Shown piece after piece: positions 1-13,553 of a stretch of DNA of 64,000 nucleotides. This DNA is from Octopus vulgaris (Eukaryota). Under the pieces are notes generated by a model, which saw nothing but the letters and a program-made list of their open reading frames with translations, searched no databases and was not told the origin of the DNA. Where the stretch lies: assembly GCA_951406725.2 (NCBI GenBank), contig OX597837.1, positions 47,926,001-47,990,000 on the forward strand, read 5' to 3'. Within the stretch, counting starts at the first letter, position 1. Every line of letters starts with the position of its first letter. The position numbers and the translations under genes were made by a program.

Positions 1-1139
1 CTATAATCATTTCACTTGTTCATGTAAAGGAAAAAGAAATGGATCTCTGTCAGGTTCAACTCTTGGTTAGAGGAGATAGGACAGCAACCACAACCCTTTT
101 AAGGGCTCCTATAACTTGTGGGAGGAAGTCTTCTTCAAACTAGAGACATGGCCCAAAACTTGTAGTAGGCTGAACTCTGCTAAAGGCACCCAAGGACTAG
201 ATTGTTGGACTGCAGATTGTCTTGGAACAATCTCATTGAAAAAATCTACAATTATCATCTACCAATTTTCAACCCAATGATGTAAAAGACACTTGTCCAT
301 GATGCTACGGCAGTTTTCGGTTTTATTCCACCTTAAGATTTCTCTTAGGTTATATTATTTTATTTGGCTTTTCTTTGAGTAAGAGAGAATATAATGATTC
401 AACGTCACTTATACTAAAGTGTTATCATTATACCTAAAACCCTAACTACAGTTATAACGTCATAGAGATATATACGCATGAAATGCTATATTCATGACAT
501 GTATGTATAATATTTTCTTCGTGTCCTTTTAAACCACTATAAGAAACATAAATTAAAGATTACAGAAATGCATATTTATTTATGCTCAGTTGAAAAACAA
601 ACGTGAAGAGAAACATTTTCTTTTAATTAGTTTTTATTATATAAATATAACATTTTATATTATTTACAGTAGGAAAGAACTTTGTCGTGAAGAAGATCGA
701 CTATAAATTCATTAACTAATTTCTTCTTTTCTAACTAATAATTTAACCTACAAATCAAAATAGATTTGTGATTAACTCTAGACATGGCATGAAAATTACC
801 GATGTCTCAAAAGAGTGTGTCGTGGAGTTAAGTGACATCCAAACAACACTAAAGTTTTTTCCCCAAATCCAGGGTTTTTATAACTGCTCAACTTGACTAA
901 AAAGAATCGAAATTCAGGACAAATATTCTTTACGAAACTTTTAGAATCTTTATATGAGCAGTTATATTATTTAATGGGAAAAAACGAAAATGATAATTCT
1001 TCGGCAAAGACATGTCATATTGCGAATTCGCGCCACATTTCAAAATGGCTAAAATGGTTATTGCTACAATGCCATGGGATTGAAGCCAAGGCCAAGCAAA
1101 ATGTGTAAAGCTGCTGTGTAAAAGAAAGAGTGTAACTGT

Positions 1140-2330
1140 TGAAGTTGCATGAATATGTTGGTAGTCCATCAGTGTCTGTGTTCTCACCAATGAGAGCACA
1201 TGTGACTCTGCATTCTAGAGCTGGAAACACATGCGCACCGACAAGTGTCACAACAATAATCTGTTGTCTGGATTGAGCCAGATGCTGTCCTGTGATGTTT
1301 GTGTTTTGCAGCAGCAACATGGTGGTGGTGGTCCTCTTTGCAGACAGTTGCTGCTGCATCTGAGGTGAGAGATGTCTATGTTGATCTGTCTGTGGCTGAA
1401 GCTTCAAGTTCGTATGAACTAATGCTGCTCCATTTGCGGTTGCTTTCTAGGATGTCCTTGTACCTCAGTTTAAGCCATCCCTGTTTGTGTGACCCCTGCT
1501 TGCCAATATAACAGCTGTCAGCCATTCTGATGATATGGCCAGTCCAGCATAGCTGAACCTTCAGCAGCATTGACCCAATGCTTTTTCAATCAGCTCTGTC
1601 AAGCACTTTTTGGTTTGTCACTCTGTTCTGCCAGTAAATGTCCATGATACTGTGCACTACCCTTGTATGAAACTGCTTGATGTGCAGGCAGTATAGGGTC
1701 TATGTTTCACACCCATAGAGTAGTGTAGAGATGACTACAGCCTTGTAGACTGAGCTTTGTTGTCAGTCTGATGTCTTTTTGCTGGAGGTCTTTCACTTTC
1801 AATCTTCCAAGTGATTGGCTGGCCCTGCAGATTCCATATGAGATTTCGCCGTCCAATGATCCATCAGCTAAGATTGTGCTGCCAAGGTACTTGAAGCTCT
1901 CCACACACTTAAGCAGAGCCCCACCAGTAGTGGTGTATGGCTGTAGGTGAATTGTATTTGAGGCTGCTTGAACTAAGACCTCCATTTTCTCAAGGCTAAT
2001 AGTCAGTTCAAAGAGCCTTGAAGCTTGTACAAATGGTTGACAATGGTCTGCTGGTGATTTTCCTTGTGTACTATGAGGGCACTGTCATCTGCAAATAGGG
2101 CTTCAGTGATGAGCTTTCCCACCATCTTGGTTTGACCAGAGAGTTGGCAGAGGTCAAAAACAGAGCTATTTGAACAATATTTGACGTATATGTCCAAATC
2201 TAGGTCTTCCACTATGTAAACCTACATAAAGAAAAAGTTGAATAAGATGGGGCAAGTACATAGCCCTTTTTCACGCCATTGGGAATGTTGAAGGAGTTCA
2301 ACATTGCAGAGAATTTGACTGTTAAACATC
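1140..2330 (-). mobile_element. Decayed RTE (BovB-like) LINE, RT and C-terminal region
   Basis: Broken minus-strand frames give ITEALFADDSAL (YADD-type motif), VESFKYLGSTI...EISYGICRASQSLGRL and LLKVQLCWTGHIIRMADS, all typical of RTE ORF2. Stops and frameshifts present; ends approximate. Confidence 0.85.
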
Positions 2331-3008
2331 TGTAAGAGTTTTAAGTAGAACTGCTAAAGCCAAACCCCATAGTTGTTCTGGTACATAATGCTTTGTTGAG
2401 TATCTGGGTAGAAGGGACATATATATATATCTATAATTAATTCCAAAGCAATGCTAGGTTTTAAATATATATTTTGAAAGACCCACATTTTTTATTTTTA
2501 TTTATTTTTTTTTTATTAGTAGAGTTAGGCAAACTCATGTGGTTAAGGAATTCACTTTGTAATCATATGGTCTTGGGTTCACTTCCACTGTGCAGAACCT
2601 TGAGCAAAACATCTACTGTAGCTTCTAATTGAACAATATCTTTGTAGTATCTCTGTGTTTCTCACTGATAGTGGGGCTATGAGAATTGAAGGAGGAGATG
2701 TAAGCTGCCATATCGAATAAAATTGGTTTTTAATTTTGTAGTAAAGAAAAAAGTTTATGGATTCAGAGTATATTTTGTCTTTTCATTTATACAGGGTAGT
2801 GTGAGAGCCAAATGTTTTTGTTTTTGTGAAAATGGGTTAATGTACACTGTGTCTCTACACATAAGAAGCTACCAAAAAGGTTGATGACATAATAAACATT
2901 GCTTGAGAAAAGCCCTCCAACCTAAATCAGTATGGAAAAGTGGGTGTAAGACAATGATCTCAAGTCTGTTGATTGTTTCAAAACATAATTTCTCTATTTG
3001 CATTGCAG

Positions 3009-3142
3009 GTTACCAAATTGCCTATTCACAGTTGGCTTTTGCTGGTAGAAAGGAACATGACCCTATTGGGAACTTAGTTCCAGACTTAAAGATTAACTTA
3101 GCCAAATGTCTTGGAAAGTTGTCTGAACAGAACCCTGGGAGA
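3009..3142 (+). CDS. CSE1L: Exportin-2 (CAS/CSE1) penultimate coding exon
   Basis: ttgcAG acceptor and GTAAGT donor. Translates (G)YQIAYSQLAFAGRKEHDPIGNLVPDLKINLAKCLGKLSEQNPGR, matching the CSE1L C-terminus as I recall it (GYQTAFSQLAFAGKKEHDPVG...PGR). Upstream exons are not seen in the window. Confidence 0.95.
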
Positions 3143-4979
3143 GTAAGTATGACACATTGTTCAATTGATTTACTTTTCTAAATATTTCAGCCTACAGCAC
3201 TACTGTAGGCTTTAGTGATATTGCTACTTGTTTGAACAGGTTTTACCTGGCCTGAGTTAGCTGTTACACTCTCTAGCTGTAAAAATGCATCCAAATCACA
3301 TAAACCCTTGTTAAAGAGTTAAAACTTAGATAAGATTCTCGACTCCGCTAGATCTGTTTACATTCAACATCATTTGTATTATAAATGGTGAAGCTTAGAT
3401 ACAAATGACACTTGCTTTGCAAGTCATACACCATCCATTTCTGACCTGATTGATATCACATGCCAAACCAAAACTGATAAAATCCATGGTCACTGACCTT
3501 AAAAGTATCTTCGAATTTGCCAATTTTGTTTCTTTTGACCACAAGAAAACATAATCACACTATACCTTCCTTTAATCATGAGCAGCACTGAGCTGGAATC
3601 CTCAAAATCAGTCCAGTTGTTGGGTTTCATCATCACTGAAGATTTCTCCTGGAGAAGCACATCTTTAACATAGCTGGAGTCATGTTCCAATTTCTGCCAC
3701 ATGTCTTTAGGGCTAGAAAATATGTCAGTTCCCCTCCACTCACAACAGTTATCAACACTGTACAAAACTCAAGTGAGTATAGCTCCCACATCTGTGATGC
3801 TGTTGGTGTTGATGCACACTTTGACAGCCTAGACAACATTTTCAATTTCCAGCCCTCATTGTTTTGTTTTTCTTTTCCTAAAGTTTTAATCGGATGGCTT
3901 GGCATATGTGAAGCAGTTTTGCAATTTTAGCATGTATTCAAGATATTTCGTGGGATTTAGTGTGCATGACATCCTATTAAAATGTGCACCTTTTGTTTTA
4001 GAAAGTACTTCTTACACAATATTTGGTATGTAGGAGTTGTGGATAGTCTTTTCAGTGTATCTGGTGGTGTTGGGCAACTCCTGACCATCACCAGCAAATG
4101 TTACTTTCAGGTTCAAAATGTTCATGCAGGCCACATTTTTTTTTTTTTCAATTAAAATTTTTTTTTTATAGGGAAATATTGGTCACATAAAAGCCAGGGA
4201 TGTGAAGTTATTTTTTTAGAGTTGGTAAAAATGTACTAATTCTGACTAAAAGTAAATTGTAATATAATTGATTAAAATTACTAATTTTACAAATCTCTAA
4301 TTGATTATTTTCTGTGCTGAAAATAACCAAATTAAATCTAAGGTCTTCAATGGAGAGAGATTTGGCAGAAGTAATTCGGTTTCTAAAAACAAAATATCTT
4401 TAGATTCAACCTTGTTCTACTTCATTCATTTTAGTTTTATATTCAAACAATGCTTTAACCTCAAATTTGAAGCATTATTTAATTGAGAGTTTATTTTGTT
4501 TTGAATGATTTAACTTGTGCAAGTTTTAACTTTGATAATTTTTTCCAACTTGTAAACAATGGTGTTTTGGAGTTTCTTTTTTAGTATTTTTTTTACTTAA
4601 ACCCTTTTATTTTTTTCTTTTGATAAGAACAGCCCCTCCCCTCCCTTTTTAAAAAATGTTTTGTAAGTTTTGTCTTCTGCTTAACTGTTTGTAACTTCTT
4701 TAATAAATAATATTAACCCTTAAATTCCTGTAGTGTTTATCATCATCACCATCAATTAATGTCTATTTTCCATGCTGGCTGGATCCAGATAAACGACAGG
4801 GCTGCATTGTGCTCCAGTTACTGGATACCCTTCCTAATGCCAACCACTTTACATTGCTCTCTCTCTCTTTCTCATTGTAAATCTTCCAATCCTTTTAGAA
4901 ACTAGAGATACTAGCTTTTGGCTAGTATAAAAATTTATAAAAATGTGATTATTACATGAATTTGGAAGAAATTTGTTAA

Positions 4980-5750
4980 TCATACTATAATGGTTATTAT
5001 GTCCGTCCGTCTGTCTGTCTGAACCTTCTTCACGGTGAAACGGCTGGACCAATGGTTACAATGTTTTTTGAAATTACCAAGAAGGTAATTAGGTAGATTT
5101 TTAACGAAAATAATTTGAAAAAGTATGATTATTTTGTATCTATTGAGGGTAATTGTTCAGTTTACGGCGTACAAAAAGTAAATCAGAATTACAGGCATAA
5201 AAAAAAATAAATAAAAATTGAAGGGAGATAACTTCTAATAAAAGAAGCAAAGGAATGTAAATGAACTTACTTTTCCACTGAATTACACAATATAAGAAAG
5301 TTTTAGTTTAGGATAGCTTTATCAATGAATGATTGTGATGGCTTTGGCTCAACCACGCTATTATGACCTGGAAACGGAAATCAGGAATTGGTAGGGCTAA
5401 CAGGAAAGCAGCTGCTATAAAACAAGAGGGAATCTAACATTGAATACAGACAAGCCCAACAGAATAAGGATACAGGAACTCATAGAATTCACTGTGATAC
5501 AGAAGTCAGAGTGTCGGAACAGAACAGGGATATGATGCTAGCTTGCCAAATAACACAGAGAAATCCTCAAGTGAGAGCTTCAGAACAAAGCTGGGACACT
5601 TTAGCTCACCAAGTAACACACAAAAATGCTGAAGCGAGTGCTTCAGAACAGATAATAAACATTCTAGCTCACTGAAAATCAAGACAATTGCAGTTTTCTA
5701 TAAAACTGGTATTCTCATTCAAAGTAAACAAGGCACAGGTCCAGCTTTAG
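4980..5750 (+). mobile_element. Non-autonomous Helitron/DINE-like element inside the CSE1L intron
   Basis: The 5' part has the (GTCC/GTCT)n microsatellite followed by acggctggaccaat, as in DINE/HINE-like elements. The 3' end resembles gcacaggtccagct..ag. The interior has degenerate tandem units. Confidence 0.45.
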
Positions 5751-6459
5751 ATTGCATAAGTGTATTTCTACCCACTCTGATATTTACACACGGCCAGTTA
5801 CACGTCGCTATGAGTAGAGCAATGAACTCAAGTAATTTGAAAATTAGTGTCGACCATACACAAAATATTGTCTACAAAGAAGTTTTGTAACCATATTGAT
5901 ATTAAAATTCATTTGCACATTTTTCAATACATACTGCTGTTATGACTTCCCTCCCTCAATTTCTGCTTCCATCATAGATGGGTAGATTTGCTAGTAAGAT
6001 GTAATGATTCTTGGTGTACATTGTGCATGTGGTTTTTACTTGTTATCATGTCACTGTCAGCTAATCATGTAGGTTTAATACAGTTGATGAGATGTAGGTG
6101 CTTTCACATTTACATCAATTCCTGGCCATTCATTTGCTGTCTACGAGCTGAATTTCTGTTTCAGTGGTCACTAGTTTGCAAGCTGCCAACTATCATCAGA
6201 AAAAGGTATTCTGCTCTAATCAAAATGATTTGCCCTGTTTTCTTCAGAAAAAGTTTTGGCTTAGCTCAAAGTTTTGTGGGATCCCTCATTACAAATGAAA
6301 AGCATTGCTATAATGATGAGCTACATGATGACTCCACTCCAGTCCAGATCACTGGTGTCTACAGATGATTCTGAAATATTATATGGATTATTTTCTTCAA
6401 GTTGAAGTTCTCTTTAATTAAGATATAAGTAAATAAATCTTTATAAATAATGGTTTCAA

Positions 6460-6640
6460 ATTTTGGTATAAGGCTAGCAATTTTAGGGGAGGTGTTAAGT
6501 TGATTACATCAAACCCAGTGCTCAACTGTACTTATTTCATCAAGCCAAAAGGATGAAAGGCAAAGTCAACCCTGGTGGAATTTGATCTCAGAATGTGCAG
6601 ACAGACAAAATGTTGCTAAGCGTTTTGCTCTGCTTGCCAC
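6460..6640 (-). mobile_element. tRNA-derived SINE with Nin-like central domain
   Basis: Reverse complement of the family core ctttgcctttcatcc...aataagtac seen in many copies in this window. Confidence 0.7.
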
Positions 6641-7320
6641 TTTTCATTGTGAATAACATCACTGAATTCTAACTCACTGCTTCAGGTATTACCTGCCATG
6701 ATGCTTGTAAATTGAAAGAAAGAAAAACGATTTCACTTAATCGCAAAAAATACATTGTAAAGAGGCTAAACTTTGTTTATGCAGAGTGCATAGTTCCTGT
6801 GTATTGGGCTCCAAACAACACGTTTTGAACTGCATTTACATACAGTTCATGACTAATCAATAATTGCAGTTATTTTCATTACTTTCATCATCATCATTTA
6901 GTGTCTGTTGTCCATGCTGGCATGGGTTGGACATGTTAAAACCCCAACAATAATTCAACTGTAGCCATTCAACTCAAATTTGTTACTGAAAAGTAGCCTG
7001 ATGGTTCATATTAGCTGTGTATGTTATTTATTGTCAGTCATACTAACTTGAAAGTTCTGTTAAAAACCTGACTAATGGTTGTTCACTAGAATTACTCTAT
7101 GTACCATAGTCATACAGTTTTTAGTAATGCTTTTCATTTAGACTTTAATTGTTTGAAGCCTAAACCAATACTTTTTGAAAATATTTACTGCCGTGGACAT
7201 AATCAATTAGCTACTTTTTTACCTTTTCTGATTACAGTCAACTAATTATACTTGATTATCATATTAAATTTTTTTTTTAACATGATATTTATACTTTAAC
7301 TTTTTAATTTTTTTCTGCAG

Positions 7321-7410
7321 TTGACTCCACTAATCAAATCTGGTTTACAGCCTGAAGCCACACAATATCTCCAGATGTACCTGCAATCTGCTGGCGTTAA
7401 TCTTATGTAA
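7321..7410 (+). CDS. CSE1L: Exportin-2 last coding exon
   Basis: Long polypyrimidine tract plus ctgcAG; phase 0, matching the previous exon. Translates LTPLIKSGLQPEATQYLQMYLQSAGVNLM*, similar to the CSE1L end (...AEALQYLQGYLQAASVTLL). Confidence 0.93.
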   Translation: MTPLIKSGLQPEATQYLQMYLQSAGVNLM

Positions 7411-7803
7411 TATGTGTGTCTGCCTGTGCACATGTATGTATGCCCTGTGTGTAATGTTATATTAAGACATTCTATCTCTTTTTCAGTACATACACTAACA
7501 TACATACATTCACTCACACTATTCACCAACGTCTGACTTTCATGCTGATATCTTAAGGCTATTACTGCAGCATGAAAAACCACAGCTTGATGGCCCAATG
7601 GTCACATCATGATCACACTGCTCACATTGTGATTACATGTTGACTATACAGTTATATTGTGGCCACACTGTAACATGGCGACCACACACAGTGACATTGT
7701 GTTCATTGTGTGGCCATCTAATGGTCTTACTGTGATTAACTGCATAGTGACCAAGCAGTAAAGTGTATTATTTATGTTGCTTGTTACATAAATTGTCCGA
7801 AAT

Positions 7804-7829
7804 AATAAAATTCAATAAAGAATAATAAA
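7804..7829 (+). promoter_or_regulatory. Probable CSE1L polyadenylation signals
   Basis: Three AATAAA hexamers (7804, 7814, 7824) about 400 nt after the stop, followed by T/GT-rich sequence. Confidence 0.65.
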
Positions 7830-8619
7830 TTTGATATTTTAAACAGTTAAGCTTTTTGTTGATTTTTATTATTTTTTCCTTAGCTCTGTCTCTATTTCTT
7901 ATTTCTACTATTTTGCTGATTGAACAGGTTTTGGGTATTTTTGGTGTTTAGTCCCAGGTTAACCATGGTTCAGTAGACCTATTACATTAAAAATATTCCA
8001 TCTGTGATCATTCTCATAATTTTTTTTGTTTCTATTTTAAAAATTTTATATGCATATTGTCTTTAGGACAATATATGAGCCATGGTATGTCTAGGACTAC
8101 ATTAACCAATGTGTCAGTCATAGCATATCAAGGATTACATTATCAAGATTATCAGAGTTGTCCTGAAAGTAATGCAAATGCGGAAGTGATTTCCATTTTT
8201 GTCTCCTTCAACTCAGGTGTCAGCTGCTGAGGTACTTCTTTTACACAGGTTTTCTAATAACTTAAGTTTTCTAAGATCTTCAGTAAAGCATTGCAACTAC
8301 AGTCTGATCATGCAGCAACTCACCAATTGTGACACATTTGTCTGCAGAAATCCTTTTGTCTACTCATGATTCATGTCAGTGGTCAAAGCTGATGATCACT
8401 CACAGCAATGAAGAGGAAGAATTAATCTACCAAAGTATGCAATCTAAGACTGTATTATCTAATGTGTCCTGCTGTTGTAATTCAGGTCTAGATTACAGTG
8501 TGTCAGTCACAGTATCTCTCACATTATTTTATCCAATGTATCAGCCATAATATATCTAGGATTGCACTTTCCTACCATTTTTTTCTTCAGATGATAGAGT
8601 ACAATTTGGTGGGAATATA

Positions 8620-11600
8620 TAGAGGTTGTCAGGGTGTGTGATAGGGTACTTAAGCTCTGGCTAGTCCTACAGAACAGCACAACTACAATTATCTCTGCCT
8701 ACGCCCCACATGCGGGGCTACCAAATGGTCAGAAGGACCACTTTTATGATACCCTTCTGCAGGCTACCTCAAAGATGAGTGGAAATGACTTCGCCTTTGT
8801 GGCTGGAAACTTTAATGGACATGTTGGGCGGGAATCTGGTATCTTCACTGGGCTACACGATGGCCATGGTATTGGCACCTGAAACGATGAGGGGACTAGG
8901 CTACTGGAAATCTGTGATGCATGTAACCTTTTAATCTGCAACACTAACTTCAGGAAGCCAAACAGCCATCTGATAACCTGTCAGTCAGGGGACTCTGCTA
9001 GCCAGATTGATTTCATCCTCACCAGACAGCTGGACGCAGGGTTGCTCTTAAATACAAAGACCCTCCCAGGTGAAGAATGTACCCCCCAGCATAGGTTAGT
9101 CATTAGTGACTTTACGCTCGAGGCCAGAAGGATACCTAGAAGCAGACCAATCCAGAAAAGAAGGATTTGGAAGCTAAAGAACTCTTCACACGGTCAGAGA
9201 TTTAGGACTACAGACGTCGGACATAGAAGGTAGTTGGAAATTCCTACGGGACAGCTTGCTGAATGCCACAGACCAAGTCTGTGGATGGGGTAAAGTCCCT
9301 TCCAGACCCAGAGTTACATGGTGGTGGAATAGAACAGTAGACAAAGCCGTTAGGGCAAAGAAACAGGCCTGGAAAGCCTTGAAGGATGGTGGTAGCAGGG
9401 AACGGTACCAGGTAGCCAGAAGGGAGGCTGGGCGGCAGGTATACATAACCAAGAGTGAAGCAGAAAAGAAGAGGTTTGCCAATGTCCAGAGACGTGAGGA
9501 CCAAAGAACTGAGGTATTTCGGATTGCAAGACAGTTTGTGAGAGAAAATTGTGATGTCACAGGAGAGAAATGGATGATGGTGCACTTGCTTTTAGTGATT
9601 CTGAAAAGAAAGAGTCTTGGAGACGCCATTATGAAAGACTGCTGAATGTGAGGAGAGCCTTCCAAATGTTGACTCAGTAGAGGGACCAGCTATCCAAATA
9701 GACGAAGCCAGGAAAAGCCCGTGACCCATCAGGAATCACTGCTGAGATGCTTAAAGCATCTGGTGGTGTGAGCTATGGCTTCGTCACCCGCATTGTAAAC
9801 CAGGTAGTACATACTGAATGACTGGTGTAGCAGCACCATAGTTAACTGCTACAAGGGTAAAGGTGATGCTCTAGATAGGAATAACGACAGGAGTATTAAA
9901 CTGCTGGATCAGGTGATGAAGGTCACAGAGAGGGTCATAGTCCATCTCATTAGGGAGAGAGTCTGCTTAGATGAGATGCAGCTTGGTTTTGTTCTGGGTA
10001 GAAGCACCACTGATGCCATATTCCTTGTTCGACAACTGCAGGAGAAATACCTAGCTAAAGATAAACCCCTCTACTTAGCTTTTGTGGACTTGGAGAAAGC
10101 CTTTGACAGGGTCCCCGATCCCTTATCTGGTGGGCAGTGTGGAAACTGGAGATTGACGAATGGTTGATAAGGGCTGTACAGGCCCTATACAGAGATGCCG
10201 TTAGTTGGCAACGAATATAGTGAAGAATTCCTGGTAGAAGTAGGGGTCCACCAAGGTTCAGCCCTTAGTCCCCTTCTATTCATCATAGTCCTCTAGGCAA
10301 TAACAGAGGAATTCAAGACGGGTTGCCCCTGGAAGCTCCTCTATGCTGATGACCTGGCCCTCATAGCAGAATCACTACCGGAACTAGAAAAGAAATTTCA
10401 GGTGTGGAAGCTAGGTTTAGAATCAAAGGGCCTTAGAGTAAATGTAGCAATGACCAAAGTTATAGTCAGCAGAAAGGCGAACTCATCACACACCCCGTCG
10501 GAGCAGGGCCACTGTGATCTGTAGAAAAGGTGTAGGTAGAAACTCCATAAGATGTACCCAGTGTAAGCTATGGACGCATAAGAAGTGCAGCAACATCAAA
10601 GGAAAATTAACTGATAAGATAGCTTTCATGTGCGGCAGATGCACGGGCAATAGACACCACAGATACTCAGAAAACAGATTCCATCACACTCCAGGGAGAG
10701 AAACTAGAATTAGTTGATAGTTTCCGCTACCTAGGAGACCAAGTTAGTAGTGGAGGTGGATGCTCAGAAAGTGTCACCACTAGAATACGAATAGCCTGGG
10801 CAAAGTTTAGAAAGCTCCTACCCCTACTGGCGACAAAGGGCCTCTCGCTCAGAGTGAAAGGTAGATTGTACGATGCATGTGTGCGAACTGCCATGCTTCA
10901 CGGCAGTGAAACATGGACTGTGACTGCAGAAGACATGCGTAGACTTGAAAGAAATTAAGCTAGCATGATCCACTGGATGTGTAATATCAGTATGCACACA
11001 CAACAGAGTGTAGGCGCCCTGAGAGAAATGCTGGACATAAGAAGCATCAGATATGGCGTGCAAGAGAGACGTTTGCGCTGGTATGGTCATGTACTGCGGA
11101 TGGATGAGGAGAGATGTGTGAAGAAGTGCCACTCCCAAACAGTTGAAGGTATCAGGGGAAGAGGTAGACCCAGGAAGACATGGGATGAGGTGGTCAAGCA
11201 TGACCGAACGTTGGGCCTCACAGAGGCAATGACGAAAGACCGATATCTCTGGAGATATGCTGTGACTGCAAAGACCCGTCTGCTTCCGTTACCAGTTTCG
11301 CATAGCCCCAACCCATCAAAAGTACCTTGGATTGCAGAACGACCTGCTGTGCTTACCTTGGATCGTAGGGTGACCTGCTGTGCTTGAGGAGACCTATTGA
11401 GTCAAGTACATCAATATCAAAATAAATATTAAATGGAAATTGTAGTTACGATACCTGTGCCGGCAGCGCGTAAAAAGCACCATCCGAACGTGGCCGATGC
11501 CAGCGCCGCGTTAACTGGCTTCTGTACCAGTTAGGGTTAGGGTTAGGCACGTAAAAAGCACCAACCGATCGTGGCCTCTGCCAGCCGCCCCTGGCACCTG

Positions 11601-11773
11601 TGCCGGTGGCACATAAAAAGCACCCACTACACTCACGGAGTGGTTGGCGTTAGGAAGGGCAGCTAGCTGTAGAAACACTGCCAGATCAGACTGGAGCCTG
11701 GTGCAGCCTCCTGGCTTCCCAGACCCCGGTCGAACCATCCAACCCGTGCTAGCACGGAAAACGGTGATGATGA
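8620..11773 (+). mobile_element. Near-complete ORF2 of a decayed RTE-clade LINE (APE endonuclease, RT, PHD-like finger) with its 3' UTR
   Basis: IISAYAPHAG...AGNFNGHVG (endonuclease); GFVLGRSTTDAIFLVRQLQEKY...AFVDLEKAFDRVP; LLYADDL; RRLRWYGHVLRMDEER...GRGRPRKTW. Ends in a (GAT)n tail. Many stops and frameshifts. Confidence 0.95.
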
Positions 11774-12109
11774 CTGTCAGGGGAGAAGGTGGTGCCCTTG
11801 ACACTTAACAGGGAATCTAGCGAGAGAGAGAGAAGGAAGAAGAGTGTTTAGTAACCAGGTCTGAGTAATTGTAACAGGGTGGTCTTTTCTGGTAAAAGGA
11901 GTAAGTGTACAACTAGACTATTGACAGGGTGTGAACCTAGATTACAAATCCTGCAAGGTAGATCCTCCAATTACTGGAAGATGAGACGAAGTTGACCATG
12001 ACAGAATCTGAAATGTCTGTGAAGTCCATTGCTTGACCTGCAACCCTGGTCACTAGTTGTGTTCTGTCTATGTGTTTTACACGCACACACATTTCTTTAT
12101 TGCCCAAAA

Positions 12110-12272
12110 GGATTAAGTTGATTACATCGACGCCAGTGCGAAACTAGTACTTATTTCATCGACCCCGAAAGGATGAAAGGCAAAGTCGACCTCGGCGGAA
12201 TTGGAACTGAGAACTTAGCGGTAGACGAAGTACCGCTAAGCATTTTGCCCGGCATGCTAACGCTTCTGCCAG
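12110..12272 (-). mobile_element. Nin-domain tRNA SINE
   Basis: Contains gtacttatttcatcgaccccgaaaggatgaaaggcaaagtcgacctcggcggaat, the reverse complement of the family core. Confidence 0.8.
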
Positions 12273-12275
12273 CAC

Positions 12276-12470
12276 CATCATCATTCAACATCCGTTTTCC
12301 ATGCTGGCATAGGTTGGACGGTTTGACCTGAACTGGTGAGAGTAGTGCCACACCAGGTTCCATTGTCTCTTCTGGTATGGTTTCTACAGCTGGATGCCCT
12401 TTGTGACATCAACCACTCCACAGAGTTTACTGGTTGCTGTTTATGTGGCACTAGCGCTGGTGTTTGTTTT
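12276..12470 (-). mobile_element. RTE 3'-end fragment or RTE-tailed SINE
   Basis: catcatcat...cgttttccatgctggcat.ggttggacgg is the reverse complement of the RTE 3' UTR end at 11700-11773. Similar copies lie near 4740, 6885, 31250, 50075 and 53470. Confidence 0.75.
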
Positions 12471-12479
12471 GCAGGGGTG

Positions 12480-12538
<59 letters not shown>

Positions 12539-12542
<4 letters not shown>

Positions 12543-13320
12543 ATACTTTAATACACCATTACATATGAGTAAAGGCAATATATAAAATGAAATGAGATAT
12601 ACAGTAATAGTAAAAGTAAAAAGATAAAGAGATATAAGTAAAAAATTTTCAAATATAATATGCAAATAAATCAAAACTGACAGCTGTTTCGGCAGTGAGG
12701 ACGTCATACCTCATTTAACCTATAAGCCATAAAGGCAGGTATAAATGAGGCAGTTAAGTTAGCTTTAGAATTTTATGAACTGTACCACGGATTTAATTAT
12801 TATTTTTCATCTCCATATGTGTTAGCAATTTTTTTTTTTATAAAAAAAACTATTAGCCAAATATGTATAATATCGGTACTTATTAATATTAATATATACA
12901 CTGTTATATATTTTGTTTTATATTGTTCTGTTTACCTTCCTTTTTGTACAAATGTGTATTATATTATATAAGTGTAGCATTATGATATATAAGTTTTTAT
13001 ATTTTACATTTTTATATTTATATGTATATGATTATATAATATTTTTCACTATTATAACAAATTTAATTTAATTCTCTGAAGAGGCCGTGGGGCATCCTTG
13101 TTAATGCCTCATTTATACCTGCCTTTATGGCTTATAGGTTAAATGAGGTATGACTGTCCTCACTGCCGAAACAGCTGTCAGTTTTGATTTATTTGCATAT
13201 TATATTTGAAAATTTTTTTACTTATATCTCTTTATCTTTTTACTTTTACTATTACTGTATATCTCATTTCATTTTATATATTGCCTTTACTCATATGTAA
13301 TGGTGTATTAAAGTATGGAT
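12539..13320. repeat. Long inverted repeat (~215-bp arms), Penelope-like inverted pseudo-LTR
   Basis: 12539-12752 is the reverse complement of 13105-13320 apart from two 1-nt indels. The spacer is about 350 bp and the unit lies between (TA)n tracts. Confidence 0.9.
13070..13185 (+). ncRNA. Type I hammerhead-like motif with extended stem II
   Basis: CTGAAGA (13076-13082), then a long hairpin ggccgtgggg...cctcactgcc, GAAA, palindromic ACAGCTGT and a GUC site. Stem I pairing is weak. Confidence 0.6.
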
Positions 13321-13553
13321 TGAGTATCATCGGATAGTTGATGTTTTACTGATTTAAGTATGTTTCTCCATTCTCTAATTTTGTAGTATTAATTTACGGT
13401 AATATTATTACCTTTACCCATTTAATACAATAGATGAACTGATTGCTTGACAATTTTTAACATCTATGTATTATTTTTGTTGGGTACCTATCTAGCAGTA
13501 TATTGGATATATATTATCCCATGGTGGGTTGAATTTTCAACCCCTATCTCATT

